IMG/VR virus record: IMGVR_UViG_3300008262_000226
Location: 62,001-126,000 of that record
Length of the DNA stretch: 64,000 bases
Reading direction: 5' to 3' (one strand)
From: an uncultured virus (IMG/VR IMGVR_UViG_3300008262_000226)
Lineage: Duplodnaviria > Heunggongvirae > Uroviricota > Caudoviricetes
The notes under the pieces are model-generated. The model had not been told where the DNA came from. It made no database searches and saw only the letters and a list, made by a program, of their open reading frames with translations. How positions within the stretch are numbered: the first letter of the stretch is position 1; every line of letters starts with the position of its first letter. Positions 8,208 to 17,319 of the stretch are shown one piece after another. The translations under genes and the position numbers were made by a program.

Positions 8208-8267
8208 AATGTTAAGGAACGTTACGTTTCTTAATAATACTTACCTCAACTACTCGGAGTATTTTCA

Positions 8268-9350
8268 ATGACTGCAACTATCGCACAACAACGCGGTGGT
8301 GAAAACATTTGGGAAAGCTTCTGCGAGTGGGTTACCTCTACCAACAATCGTCTTTATGTTGGGTGGTTCGGAACTCTCATGATTCCTACCCTTCTTGCAG
8401 CAACCATCTGTTTCATCGTCGCTTTCATCGCTGCCCCTCCCGTCGATATCGACGGCATTCGTGAACCTGTTGCTGGTTCACTCATGTATGGAAACAACAT
8501 CATCTCTGGTGCCGTTGTTCCTTCTTCAAATGCTATTGGTCTGCATTTTTATCCTATCTGGAATGCAATGTCACTCGATGAGTGGCTATATAATGGTGGT
8601 CCTTATCAACTGGTGGTCTTCCACTTCCTTATCGGTGTCTTCTCTTACATGGGTCGTGAATGGGAACTCTCTTACCGACTGGGTATGCGTCCTTGGATTT
8701 GTGTTGCCTACAGCGCACCCGTTGCTGCTGCTACTGCAGTTTTCCTCGTCTATCCCTTTGGGCAAGGTTCCTTCTCTGATGGTATGCCGCTCGGCATTAG
8801 TGGAACATTTAACTACATGCTTGTTTTTCAGGCGGAGCATAACATCCTCATGCACCCCTTCCATATGCTTGGGGTGGCTGGTGTATTTGGCGGTTCTCTT
8901 TTCTCTGCTATGCATGGATCTCTGGTCACTAGTTCCCTCGTTCGTGAAACCACGGAAGTAGAGTCTCAGAACTATGGTTACAAGTTCGGTCAAGAAGAAG
9001 AGACCTACAACATTGTTGCTGCACACGGTTACTTTGGTCGTCTCATCTTCCAATACGCTTCGTTCAACAACTCTCGTTCACTGCACTTCTTCCTTGCTGC
9101 TTGGCCTGTAGTTGGTATCTGGTTTGCTGCTCTCGGTGTTAGCACCATGGCATTCAACCTCAACGGTTTCAACTTCAACCAGTCTCTGCTTGATAACAAG
9201 GGTCATGTAATCAACACTTGGGCAGACATCCTCAACCGCGCCAACCTTGGATTTGAGGTAATGCACGAGCGTAATGCTCACAACTTCCCTCTTGACCTTG
9301 CTGCTGCTGAGATGACTCCTGTTGCTCTCACTGCACCTGCTATCGGTTGA
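8268..9350 (+). CDS. psbA: Photosystem II reaction-centre D1 protein
   Basis: Full-length 360-aa D1 (NRLYVGWFG...[13 protein letters not shown]), no intron; Glu at the position-130 equivalent (MGREWE). Confidence 0.99.
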   Translation: MTATIAQQRGGENIWESFCEWVTSTNNRLYVGWFGTLMIPTLLAATICFIVAFIAAPPVDIDGIREPVAGSLMYGNNIISGAVVPSSNAIGLHFYPIWNAMSLDEWLYNGGPYQLVVFHFLIGVFSYMGREWELSYRLGMRPWICVAYSAPVAAATAVFLVYPFGQGSFSDGMPLGISGTFNYMLVFQAEHNILMHPFHMLGVAGVFGGSLFSAMHGSLVTSSLVRETTEVESQNYGYKFGQEEETYNIVAAHGYFGRLIFQYASFNNSRSLHFFLAAWPVVGIWFAALGVSTMAFNLNGFNFNQSLLDNKGHVINTWADILNRANLGFEVMHERNAHNFPLDLAAAEMTPVALTAPAIG

Positions 9351-9375
9351 CACTTAAGTTAAAATCAGGTAAACT

Positions 9376-9398
9376 AGGAGGGGAAACCCTCCTTTTTT
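9376..9398 (+). terminator. Intrinsic terminator after psbA
   Basis: AGGAGGG-GAAA-CCCTCCT-TTTTT. Confidence 0.8.
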
Positions 9399-9404
9399 AT
9401 TGGC

Positions 9405-10079
9405 ATGGAAGAAATTTTAAAATACGTTTTGGATGGAGGATCCGCCAAATATTTTAAAAATGCTTATAAAGAAGACCTAGTAACTATAGAGGATGTTAAT
9501 AATTATATCAACAAAACAAATGCCAATGAATATGAACTTGCTATCATAAAAAATCATTCTAGAATAACCACTCCCATAAAAAAATATGGTTGGAGAAATT
9601 CTTGGAATACTAAAATGCTTCAAAAATATTGGAATGAAGGATGTGCATTCGTTTTGCATACTATACATCTCAATGAAAAATTAAAAAAATTAATTAAATC
9701 ATTAGAAGAATATTCAGGTATGCAATTTGATTCTCACATCTATTGTGGAAAAGCAGGAAGCACATCGTATAACTATCATTGTGATGTAAGTCATAATCTA
9801 ATCATACAGTGTCAGGGTGTTACTAGATGGAGAGTATATCCATTGATAACTAAACAATCTATGACTTTTTCAGAAATGAAATTGGATCCAATCATAGATG
9901 TTACAATGAATCCTGGAGATGTAATCTGGATTCCAATGTTTCAAGTTCATTATGCTGAACCTATTACAGATAGATTAAGTGTTAGTCTTCCATTTTCTTC
10001 GCCATGTAAGGAAAGAACTACTATACAACCACCAGTTAATTTTACAATAAATACTCAACGATATTTGGAGAACCATTAA
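9405..10079 (+). CDS. JmjC/cupin-domain 2OG-Fe(II) oxygenase
   Basis: HCD...QCQGVTRWRVY...PGDVIWIP...H. Confidence 0.85.
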   Translation: MEEILKYVLDGGSAKYFKNAYKEDLVTIEDVNNYINKTNANEYELAIIKNHSRITTPIKKYGWRNSWNTKMLQKYWNEGCAFVLHTIHLNEKLKKLIKSLEEYSGMQFDSHIYCGKAGSTSYNYHCDVSHNLIIQCQGVTRWRVYPLITKQSMTFSEMKLDPIIDVTMNPGDVIWIPMFQVHYAEPITDRLSVSLPFSSPCKERTTIQPPVNFTINTQRYLENH

Positions 10080-10429
10080 TGATTGACGAAGTGCTAGGTG
10101 TGCATCACATTGCGGAGCTGTGTGAATGCAATCCCGATCTATTAAATGACTCAGAGTTTATTAGCACTTCCCTCAGGCAAGCAGTAGAACATGCTAACGC
10201 AACGTTACTAGAAGAAGTTAAATACGAATTCACGCCACAGGGAATCACTGCTGTTTGCTTGCTATCAGAAAGTCATATTAGTATTCATACGTGGCCCGAG
10301 AAAGGATATGCTGCTGTGGATATCTTTACTTGTGGTGATCACACTATGCCAGGCAAAGCTTGCGAATACATGGTGCAGGTGCTAGAATGTATGAAACCAA
10401 ACATTCAAGTATATACAAGAGGTATCTGA
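10079..10429 (+). CDS. speD: S-adenosylmethionine decarboxylase proenzyme
   Basis: LLSESHISIHTWPE..YAAVDIFTCG. Confidence 0.95.
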   Translation: MIDEVLGVHHIAELCECNPDLLNDSEFISTSLRQAVEHANATLLEEVKYEFTPQGITAVCLLSESHISIHTWPEKGYAAVDIFTCGDHTMPGKACEYMVQVLECMKPNIQVYTRGI

Positions 10430-10683
10430 TGGAAATAGTAGCTTATACATTGTCAGGATGCAATCACTGCACAAGTCTTAAAGAATTATTTCGCAGAGCA
10501 CAAACAGACTATACTGAGGTTATGGTCAAGAGGGATATGCTTTTAGAAGATTTTCAGAAAGAATATCCAGGTATTACCCATTTTCCATATGTGGTAATTG
10601 ATAAAGAACCTATTGGTGGATTGGTTGATGTTGTAAAAAGATTTGTTGCGAAAGGATTGGTGACTAGTTCTAGGAGGGAATAG
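10429..10683 (+). CDS. Glutaredoxin (NrdC-like)
   Basis: CNHC, FPYV, IGG motifs; TGATG-coupled to speD. Confidence 0.88.
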   Translation: MEIVAYTLSGCNHCTSLKELFRRAQTDYTEVMVKRDMLLEDFQKEYPGITHFPYVVIDKEPIGGLVDVVKRFVAKGLVTSSRRE

Positions 10684-10684
10684 A

Positions 10685-11041
10685 GTGGCGTCGCTCAATG
10701 AGATTTACGATCTAATAAACACTGCTATTGATACTGCATTTATGAAGGAAAAGTATCAATTGAATTTTTATGAGTATCTTGAATCAGAAAAAGTAAAGAA
10801 AGATTACATACAATCTTTTATATCTTCTTCTTTGGGAGTTGCGATTATACATCAGATAGAAGAATTGGATTTGTATCTAGATGGTGGGAGTCAAGCTGCT
10901 TTTGTTAGAGAATCATATGGATGGATGGGGAAACCTAGAGCAAGGAGAATGAAAGAATATCTTGAAAAGATTATGAGTGATGCAAAAAAGTATGAGCAAT
11001 CCAAAAGACCAGGAAGGAAATCAAAAACTTCAAATAAATAA
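10685..11041 (+). CDS. Conserved cyanophage hypothetical protein
   Basis: 118 aa, GTG start, RESYG..GKPRAR motif. Confidence 0.75.
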   Translation: MASLNEIYDLINTAIDTAFMKEKYQLNFYEYLESEKVKKDYIQSFISSSLGVAIIHQIEELDLYLDGGSQAAFVRESYGWMGKPRARRMKEYLEKIMSDAKKYEQSKRPGRKSKTSNK

Positions 11042-11189
11042 GGGTATAGAATTCATGTTGCGTAGGAGGGTTGATAAAGTCAAACCTAGACATGGATTAA
11101 CACTGAGTAAATCATTCAACCTCCTACGCAGAACATACCATTTTAATTTGGAGTTCTCTTGGGAGGTTGACAAACCAACAAGGGAGTAG
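10992..11189 (+). CDS. Conserved cyanophage hypothetical protein
   Basis: INKGIEFMLRRR motif; start uncertain. Confidence 0.6.
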   Translation: MSNPKDQEGNQKLQINKGIEFMLRRRVDKVKPRHGLTLSKSFNLLRRTYHFNLEFSWEVDKPTRE

Positions 11190-11193
11190 TAAG

Positions 11194-11436
11194 ATGGAGT
11201 CAGCAACACCATACATCCTGTTCTTTAGTGGAATAGGTATCGTAGGATCTTTTATGATCGGTCTAATGATTGGATGGTTCGGAAACGATATCGTCTATGC
11301 ATTTTTAAACAAGAATAGGATTCAACCAATGCATCCTGAAATGTTTGATGAGAACGGTCAACTGATTCCCGACGAGATTGTAGCAGTTCGCTTTGAGAAT
11401 TCTGAAGATTTTGAGGATTACGACGACGAGGATTAA
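11194..11436 (+). CDS. Conserved cyanophage membrane protein
   Basis: TM helix plus HPEMFDENG...AVRFEN. Confidence 0.75.
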   Translation: MESATPYILFFSGIGIVGSFMIGLMIGWFGNDIVYAFLNKNRIQPMHPEMFDENGQLIPDEIVAVRFENSEDFEDYDDED

Positions 11437-12327
11437 ATGATTCTTATTGATATGAATCAGATTATGATTAGTAATCTGATGATGCAACTGAAGGGCGATG
11501 CTCTAAATGAAAATCTTGTTCGTCATATGGTGCTTACTGCCCTTCGAGCATTTGAAAGACAATACTCCCCTAAGTTCGGTGAGATTGTTTTAGCTTATGA
11601 CAGTAAGCACTACTGGCGAAAAGAAGCATTCCCTTATTACAAACAGAATAGAAAGAAAGATCGAGAAGCATCCGATCTAGATTGGAATGCAATCTTTGAA
11701 GTTCTGAATAAGATACGCGATGAGATTAAAACCTTTTTTCCATACAAGGTGGTGGAAGTTTATGGCGCTGAGGCAGATGATGTTATCAGCACACTCACTA
11801 CTTACCAAGCTTATCGCAATATCAAACTTCAAAAAGAAGGTAAAGATGCTGAGGAAGTATTAATTCTTTCGGGAGACAAAGACTTTATTCAGCTACAGAA
11901 GTATCCATTTGTGAAGCAATACAATCCGATTCTTAAGAAGGAGATTAAACATGATGACCCTAAAGCATACGCTAGAGAGCATATCATTAAGGGAGATAAG
12001 TCAGATGGCATACCTAACTTCTTATCTGATGCTGATACATTTGTGGTAGGCAAGAGACAGAAACCTATAAGTAAGAAAAACTTAGAAAAGTGGGTGAACC
12101 AAGACCCATCTGTATTCTGTTTAACGCAAGAAGCTGCTCAAAATTATGAGCGTAATCGGAAATTAATCGATCTTACTTGCATTCCTGAGCATCTTGCTAC
12201 TGAGATTGTATCTTGTTACAAGTCACTAAATAGCAACGAAAGGAAAGTTCCACTAGAATACTTTCAACAACATCAACTTACGAAGTTGATGGAAGAATAT
12301 GTATTTCGTAACACACAACCATTTTGA
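11437..12327 (+). CDS. rnh: T4-type RNase H (5'-3' exonuclease)
   Basis: ILIDMNQI, YKQNR, EADD, SGDKDFIQL, GDKSDGIPN. Confidence 0.95.
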   Translation: MILIDMNQIMISNLMMQLKGDALNENLVRHMVLTALRAFERQYSPKFGEIVLAYDSKHYWRKEAFPYYKQNRKKDREASDLDWNAIFEVLNKIRDEIKTFFPYKVVEVYGAEADDVISTLTTYQAYRNIKLQKEGKDAEEVLILSGDKDFIQLQKYPFVKQYNPILKKEIKHDDPKAYAREHIIKGDKSDGIPNFLSDADTFVVGKRQKPISKKNLEKWVNQDPSVFCLTQEAAQNYERNRKLIDLTCIPEHLATEIVSCYKSLNSNERKVPLEYFQQHQLTKLMEEYVFRNTQPF

Positions 12328-12333
12328 ATTGAC

Positions 12334-12783
12334 ATGGCACCTAAAACATATCGCCCTCTAATTTCAGAGGTGCTGCGTAAAGCTAACAACGCAAAGACTA
12401 AAGAAGAAAAGAAAAGAATTTTATTGGAGAACAACACACAAGTTCTTCGTTCTCTTTTTATCTGGAACTTTGATGAGAGCGTAGTGTCTATGCTACCAGA
12501 AGGAGAAGTTCCTTTTACTACTAATCCAGCACCAGAAGGAACAGATCATCTATTGCTGGAGAATGAAGGTAAGAAAATGTTCCACTTCGTTAAGGGTGGA
12601 TCTAACATCACTCAGAGTAAGCGTGAACAAATCTTTTTAGCAATGCTTGAGCAACTCCATCCAGATGAAGCAGAGATTCTTTGTCTCGTAAAGGATAAAA
12701 ATCTTCAAAAGAAGTATACTCGTATTTCAAAAGCACTTATCCAAGAGACATTCCCACAAATTCAGTGGGGGGGTCGTAGCTAA
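12334..12783 (+). CDS. Conserved T4-like hypothetical protein
   Basis: WNFD...LPEGEVP...KREQIF..MLE.LHPDEA. Confidence 0.85.
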   Translation: MAPKTYRPLISEVLRKANNAKTKEEKKRILLENNTQVLRSLFIWNFDESVVSMLPEGEVPFTTNPAPEGTDHLLLENEGKKMFHFVKGGSNITQSKREQIFLAMLEQLHPDEAEILCLVKDKNLQKKYTRISKALIQETFPQIQWGGRS

Positions 12784-13040
12784 TGAGAATTCTCCATCAA
12801 AACTGTGATCCTGAACTAGCAAAAGATAGATCTTTGCCCTATACAGCATATATTGTTGAGTATGAGATTGATGGAGCACTTGCACATGATATTGTCATTG
12901 CAAATAAACGCACCGATATCTTTGATCATTATTGGGATAAATATCGTGAGGGATTAAAAGGATTTAAACAAACCGAAGGTCGTGTAAATCCTAAACTTTG
13001 GGGATCTCAACCAAAAGAAACTAAAAAAGGTAAACGATAA
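12783..13040 (+). CDS. Conserved cyanophage hypothetical protein
   Basis: CDP...LPY.AY...IFDHYWD...NPKLW. Confidence 0.8.
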   Translation: MRILHQNCDPELAKDRSLPYTAYIVEYEIDGALAHDIVIANKRTDIFDHYWDKYREGLKGFKQTEGRVNPKLWGSQPKETKKGKR

Positions 13041-13435
13041 TGGCATTAGTTATACCAAATGTAGGAAAATCATTAGCACTGAATTACTTGGTAAATAAAA
13101 CCTCTTCTACTGAGCAATTAGTTCTTAAGTTATTTTCTAATGATGTAACTCCCGCATCAACTACTATTAATTCTAATTTTGTGTATACTACTGCACAAAA
13201 CGGATATGCTCCGATTACATTGAATGCAGCATCATGGACAATTTCTGATGGAACAGCATCATATCCAGAACAAACGTGGACATTGACGGGGCCTATTGGA
13301 AATGTGTATGGGTATGCTGTAGTTACCAGCACTACAAATACTGTTCTTATGGCAGAAAGATTTTCATCTGCTCCATATAATGTCGTATCTGTGGATGATA
13401 GAATTAGAGTAACTCTTAACATTAATTTAACATGA
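13040..13435 (+). CDS. Putative small virion structural protein
   Basis: 131 aa, beta-rich; LKLFSND.TP...GY....L....W...VYGY...AERF pattern. Confidence 0.65.
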   Translation: MALVIPNVGKSLALNYLVNKTSSTEQLVLKLFSNDVTPASTTINSNFVYTTAQNGYAPITLNAASWTISDGTASYPEQTWTLTGPIGNVYGYAVVTSTTNTVLMAERFSSAPYNVVSVDDRIRVTLNINLT

Positions 13436-13686
13436 CACTCACTAATCCAACAAAGAACTGGGTAGTTCGCTACCATCTTTCAGGCAAACCAGCGACACAA
13501 TATAACTTTGCTGGTTGGAAAGAAAGTGGTAAACCTAGCTATACCGCCAAGTTTGATAAGATTGAAAAGTTCGAGAAAGCTGATGATGCATTTCGTATAG
13601 CAGTTCAACTTAATGAAACTGGAGATTATGTAGCAGAAGTAAAACGTATTTGTATTGCCCTAGGCGAAGATTATTATTTTATCTAA
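13432..13686 (+). CDS. Hypothetical protein
   Basis: 84-aa coupled ORF. Confidence 0.7.
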   Translation: MTLTNPTKNWVVRYHLSGKPATQYNFAGWKESGKPSYTAKFDKIEKFEKADDAFRIAVQLNETGDYVAEVKRICIALGEDYYFI

Positions 13687-13690
13687 AACT

Positions 13691-13891
13691 ATGACTGAAC
13701 AAACTATTGACATTGAAGCCCAAGAGGTGATAGAATCACCAGAGATAGATCCACAAACTCCTTTTTTGAATGCCCAAATTAATCAAAAGGAATTAAAAAA
13801 AGTTATCAAGCAGTATAACCGCTATCGTAAATCTATTTTTGCTGAAATTCGTCGTCTCGATGGTGCTCCCCAATATGACAATCCATTCTAA
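13691..13891 (+). CDS. Hypothetical protein
   Basis: 66-aa ORF. Confidence 0.7.
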   Translation: MTEQTIDIEAQEVIESPEIDPQTPFLNAQINQKELKKVIKQYNRYRKSIFAEIRRLDGAPQYDNPF

Positions 13892-14519
13892 AGTTCAACT
13901 TATCTCGGTTACACCTGATGCAGAAAAGACAATGGCATATGTTGCTAGAGTCTCTAATCCTAGTAACCAAGATAATGAAAACTACGCAGGGTTACTGCGT
14001 TATTGTATTAAGCATAATCATTGGTCTGTGTTTGAACAATCTCATATGACACTTGAGATTGAAACAACTCGTGGTATTGCAGCACAAGTGCTTCGTCATA
14101 GGAGCTTCACATTCCAAGAGTTTTCCCAGCGTTATGCTGATACCAATCTGATTACTCAGAATATTCCCATCCCAGATCTTCGTAAACAAGATACTAAGAA
14201 CCGTCAGAACTCTACAGATGACCTTGGAGACTATGTGAAACTCAAGTTTCAGGCAGAGATCGCTGAGCATTTCACCGCCGCCAACAACCTCTACAAGCGC
14301 CTGCTAGAGGCGGGAGTCGCTAAGGAGTGTGCAAGGTTCGTGCTGCCCCTGGCAACGCCCACAAGGATCTACATGACGGGATCGTGCAGGTCATGGATCC
14401 ATTACATTGATCTTCGCTCTGCCCACGGCACTCAGAAGGAACACATGATCATCGCTGAGCAATGCAGAGAAATCTTTAAGGAACAGTTTCCAGCGGTTGC
14501 AGAAGCAATGGAATGGTGA
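13875..14519 (+). CDS. thyX: Flavin-dependent thymidylate synthase
   Basis: HWSVFEQ, RHRSFTFQEFSQRY, ECARFVLP. Confidence 0.97.
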   Translation: MTIHSKVQLISVTPDAEKTMAYVARVSNPSNQDNENYAGLLRYCIKHNHWSVFEQSHMTLEIETTRGIAAQVLRHRSFTFQEFSQRYADTNLITQNIPIPDLRKQDTKNRQNSTDDLGDYVKLKFQAEIAEHFTAANNLYKRLLEAGVAKECARFVLPLATPTRIYMTGSCRSWIHYIDLRSAHGTQKEHMIIAEQCREIFKEQFPAVAEAMEW

Positions 14520-14546
14520 TATAATAGGGTCAACCACACAGACCCA

Positions 14547-15110
14547 ATGAATATTTTCTATCTCAGCTACGATCCTCGAACGTGTGCCGCCGAGCATTGC
14601 GATAAACATGTGGTTAAAATGATTGTTGAGTATGCTCAGCTTCTCTCCACTGCTCATCGTGTGCTTGACGGCATTCCTTATACTTCCAAGACTGCTAACA
14701 ATCGTAATATCAAACGCTGGCGACTAGACAAACCACGCGAAGATATTCTTTATAAAGCATCGCATATCAATCATCCATCTGCTGTATGGGTGCGGCAATC
14801 CCGTTCGCACTATCGTTGGTTGTTTGATTTGTTTCAGCATTGCTGCTTAGAATATACACGACGATACAAAAAGTATCACAGCACTGAGAGTTTGATTAGT
14901 TATCTTTGGGTTCCTCCATTTAACATTCCTGATGCTGGATGGATCGATCCGCCGCCTGCAATGCCCGATAAATACAAAGTGATTGGAGACAGTATCCAAT
15001 CATACCGCAACTATTACGTCGGAGACAAAGTTGCTTTTGCTACTTGGAAGTCTCCAGCAACTCCCCCATTATGGTTTATTGAAGATGCCAACTTACAGAT
15101 TCAAGGATAA
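14547..15110 (+). CDS. Pyrimidine-dimer DNA glycosylase / endonuclease V family protein
   Basis: MNIFYL...CDKHVVKM..EYAQLLSTAH, NHPSAVW; TTGCAG-N17-TATAAT promoter upstream. Confidence 0.8.
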   Translation: MNIFYLSYDPRTCAAEHCDKHVVKMIVEYAQLLSTAHRVLDGIPYTSKTANNRNIKRWRLDKPREDILYKASHINHPSAVWVRQSRSHYRWLFDLFQHCCLEYTRRYKKYHSTESLISYLWVPPFNIPDAGWIDPPPAMPDKYKVIGDSIQSYRNYYVGDKVAFATWKSPATPPLWFIEDANLQIQG

Positions 15111-15315
15111 TAACACAGGTGAAGAGTTTGAAAAGTGGATGTATATGGCAGAGAGAGAACCATATCTCGAAGCTAATCCTCACATCACTCAGATGCCTAC
15201 CATACTACATGCAGTCTCTGAAGTAGGAAACTGGCAGAATAAAACTGATAGTGATTGGAAACACATTATCAATCGCGCTGCCGACACACCTGGATCCACT
15301 GTTAATCGTATTTAA
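15085..15315 (+). CDS. FmdB-like small regulatory protein
   Basis: MPTYRF.D..TGEEFE, a conserved T4-like ORF before phoH. Confidence 0.75.
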   Translation: MPTYRFKDNNTGEEFEKWMYMAEREPYLEANPHITQMPTILHAVSEVGNWQNKTDSDWKHIINRAADTPGSTVNRI

Positions 15316-15316
15316 T

Positions 15317-15985
15317 ATGCCCGTAAGAAATCGTAAAACCAAGCAAGCTGTTCCAAATGGAATGAGCGTGAAGCAGATGAAGCGCAAGAAGCCTCTCAAC
15401 GATGGTGCCGCTGGAACTGGTAAAACATTTGTGGCATTGTATCTTGCACTGAAGGATGTTCTGAATGAGAACACCCCATACGAAAAGGTATATATTGTTC
15501 GCTCACTTGTGGCAACTCGTGAGATTGGTTTCCTTCCTGGAGATCATGAAGACAAGTCAAGTCTTTATCAGATTCCTTATAAGAATATGGTAAAGTATAT
15601 GTTTGAACTGTCAACGGATGAAGAGTTTGAGATGCTGTATGGTAATCTAAAAAATCAGGGAACGATTAGTTTCTGGTCTACATCATTCCTTCGTGGAACT
15701 ACCATGGATAACTGCATCATCATCGTCGATGAAATGCAGAACCTAAATTTCCATGAACTTGATTCAATCATCACTCGCGTGGGTCAAGATTGTAAGATCA
15801 TCTTCTCGGGTGATGTTCAACAAACTGACCTGATCAAAACTAATGAACGTAATGGCATTCTTGACTTCCAACGTATCATCAATACAATGGAAGAGTTTGC
15901 ATCTGTTGAGTTTGGTGTTCAGGATATTGTTCGCTCTGGTTTAGTTCGTAGTTACATCATCAGTAAAATTAATTTGGGATTCTAA
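15317..15985 (+). CDS. phoH: PhoH family ATPase, apparently with an internal deletion before the P-loop
   Basis: GAAGTGKT, REIGFLPG, FLRGTT, IIVDEMQN, SGDVQQTDL. Confidence 0.93.
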   Translation: MPVRNRKTKQAVPNGMSVKQMKRKKPLNDGAAGTGKTFVALYLALKDVLNENTPYEKVYIVRSLVATREIGFLPGDHEDKSSLYQIPYKNMVKYMFELSTDEEFEMLYGNLKNQGTISFWSTSFLRGTTMDNCIIIVDEMQNLNFHELDSIITRVGQDCKIIFSGDVQQTDLIKTNERNGILDFQRIINTMEEFASVEFGVQDIVRSGLVRSYIISKINLGF

Positions 15986-16660
15986 ATGTTTATTCATTCT
16001 TCGTCATTCGCACCTATTGAACTGGAAGCTATCATGGTAGATGGTCGTAGGCTCTATCCAACACCTTCGGGTGGAAAGTATCCTTCGATCACCACAGTTC
16101 TAGGTGTGTGCCCGAAGAAGAAAAAGAAACTGAACGAATGGAAACAACGTGTTGGTCATGATAAAGCACAAGCAATCTCAACTCGTGCCGCCACTCGTGG
16201 CACAGACTTTCACAAAATGGTTGAAGATTTGCTGAATAACTGCTATAATGAAGAGAACTTCAAAGGGAAGTTCCTCCCCCTTATGATGTTTAAAAATGCT
16301 GTTCCGACTCTCAATAGAATCACCAAAGTCTATTTACAAGAAGCAGCATTATACTCAGATCACCTGGAAGTAGCTGGGCGCGTCGATTGTATCGGTGAGT
16401 TTGATGGTATTCCATCCATCATTGACTTCAAAACCTCAAAGGAAGAGAAGAAAGAAGAATGGATGGAAGACTATTACATTCAAGAGACTGCGTATGGGTG
16501 TATGTTCTATGAACTATATAATACACGCATTAAACAACTTGTGACTATCGTTGCCTGTGAAGATGGTAACACACAAGTAGTGATTAAGCAACCTAAAAAA
16601 GAATATCTAGAAAGATTAATCGAACTACGCTCTCTCTACCAGGAAATCTATGGAGGATAA
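15986..16660 (+). CDS. PD-(D/E)XK (Cas4-like) exonuclease
   Basis: YPSITTVL, RGTDFH, AGRVDC, IIDFKTS, Q..AY. Confidence 0.9.
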   Translation: MFIHSSSFAPIELEAIMVDGRRLYPTPSGGKYPSITTVLGVCPKKKKKLNEWKQRVGHDKAQAISTRAATRGTDFHKMVEDLLNNCYNEENFKGKFLPLMMFKNAVPTLNRITKVYLQEAALYSDHLEVAGRVDCIGEFDGIPSIIDFKTSKEEKKEEWMEDYYIQETAYGCMFYELYNTRIKQLVTIVACEDGNTQVVIKQPKKEYLERLIELRSLYQEIYGG

Positions 16661-16898
16661 TATATTACAGGAAAAATTTATGACCGTTGCGAGATTCTCT
16701 TCTGAAGTTGAGACGCTTGTGAACAGTGATTCAATGAGTTATATTGATGCTATCATTCATTATTGTGATACCAACGATATTGAGTTGGAGACTGTGCCCA
16801 AGTTGATTTCAAAACCACTAAAAGAAAAACTAAGACATGAAGCTCAACAACTGAACTTCATCAAGAAAACATCCCGTGCAAAACTAATGTTAGTATGA
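16650..16898 (+). CDS. Late transcription coactivator gp33
   Basis: YIDAI.HYC....IE.E...KLISKPLKEKL..EA..LNF. Confidence 0.9.
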   Translation: MEDNILQEKFMTVARFSSEVETLVNSDSMSYIDAIIHYCDTNDIELETVPKLISKPLKEKLRHEAQQLNFIKKTSRAKLMLV

Positions 16899-17239
16899 CA
16901 GACTTCTTTGATTCTGATATTGTTAGAGAAGAAGCAAGAGAAATGGAACGCCTTCAAATGAAGGCAATGGAACTGACTCTTGCTTCTCCTATGAAAGGCG
17001 ACAAAGAAGATCAACTTGAATATATTCGAGTTGTTCGTTCTCTTGTTGAAAAACAACAGATCTTTTATATGCGTCTGAAACTATCTGATGACCCTCGCGC
17101 AGTAGAAATGTGTGAGCAAATCGAACAGGGTGCTAAGATGCTGTATGGGTGGTGGGAAACGCAAGACGTTCAGACCCTCATGCGTAACATGCTCGACAAG
17201 CTCGACGAGTTTGAGCAGGAGATCGAGGCAGAGGGTTGA
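16895..17239 (+). CDS. DUF1825-like protein
   Basis: FFDSDIVR...EKQ.IFY.RL.LSDDP.A. Confidence 0.8.
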   Translation: MTDFFDSDIVREEAREMERLQMKAMELTLASPMKGDKEDQLEYIRVVRSLVEKQQIFYMRLKLSDDPRAVEMCEQIEQGAKMLYGWWETQDVQTLMRNMLDKLDEFEQEIEAEG

Positions 17240-17264
17240 CGCCGACCTCTGCCCGTGGTATGAT
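17236..17264 (+). promoter_or_regulatory. Sigma70-type promoter of gp32
   Basis: TTGACG-N17-TATGAT with extended -10 TG. Confidence 0.65.
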
Positions 17265-17319
17265 GACTAAGTGATCGGGCGTCACACAGACCAAATCTAA
17301 AACAATCCGAGGTAATCCT

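Noticed and set aside
8395..9353. Alternative-frame and antisense ORFs in psbA; possible intron
   Set aside because: psbA is intact and uninterrupted; the other ORFs are codon-bias shadows.
15986..16660. Cas4-like protein as a sign of CRISPR
   Set aside because: No repeat-spacer array or other cas genes; it is a core T4-like exonuclease.
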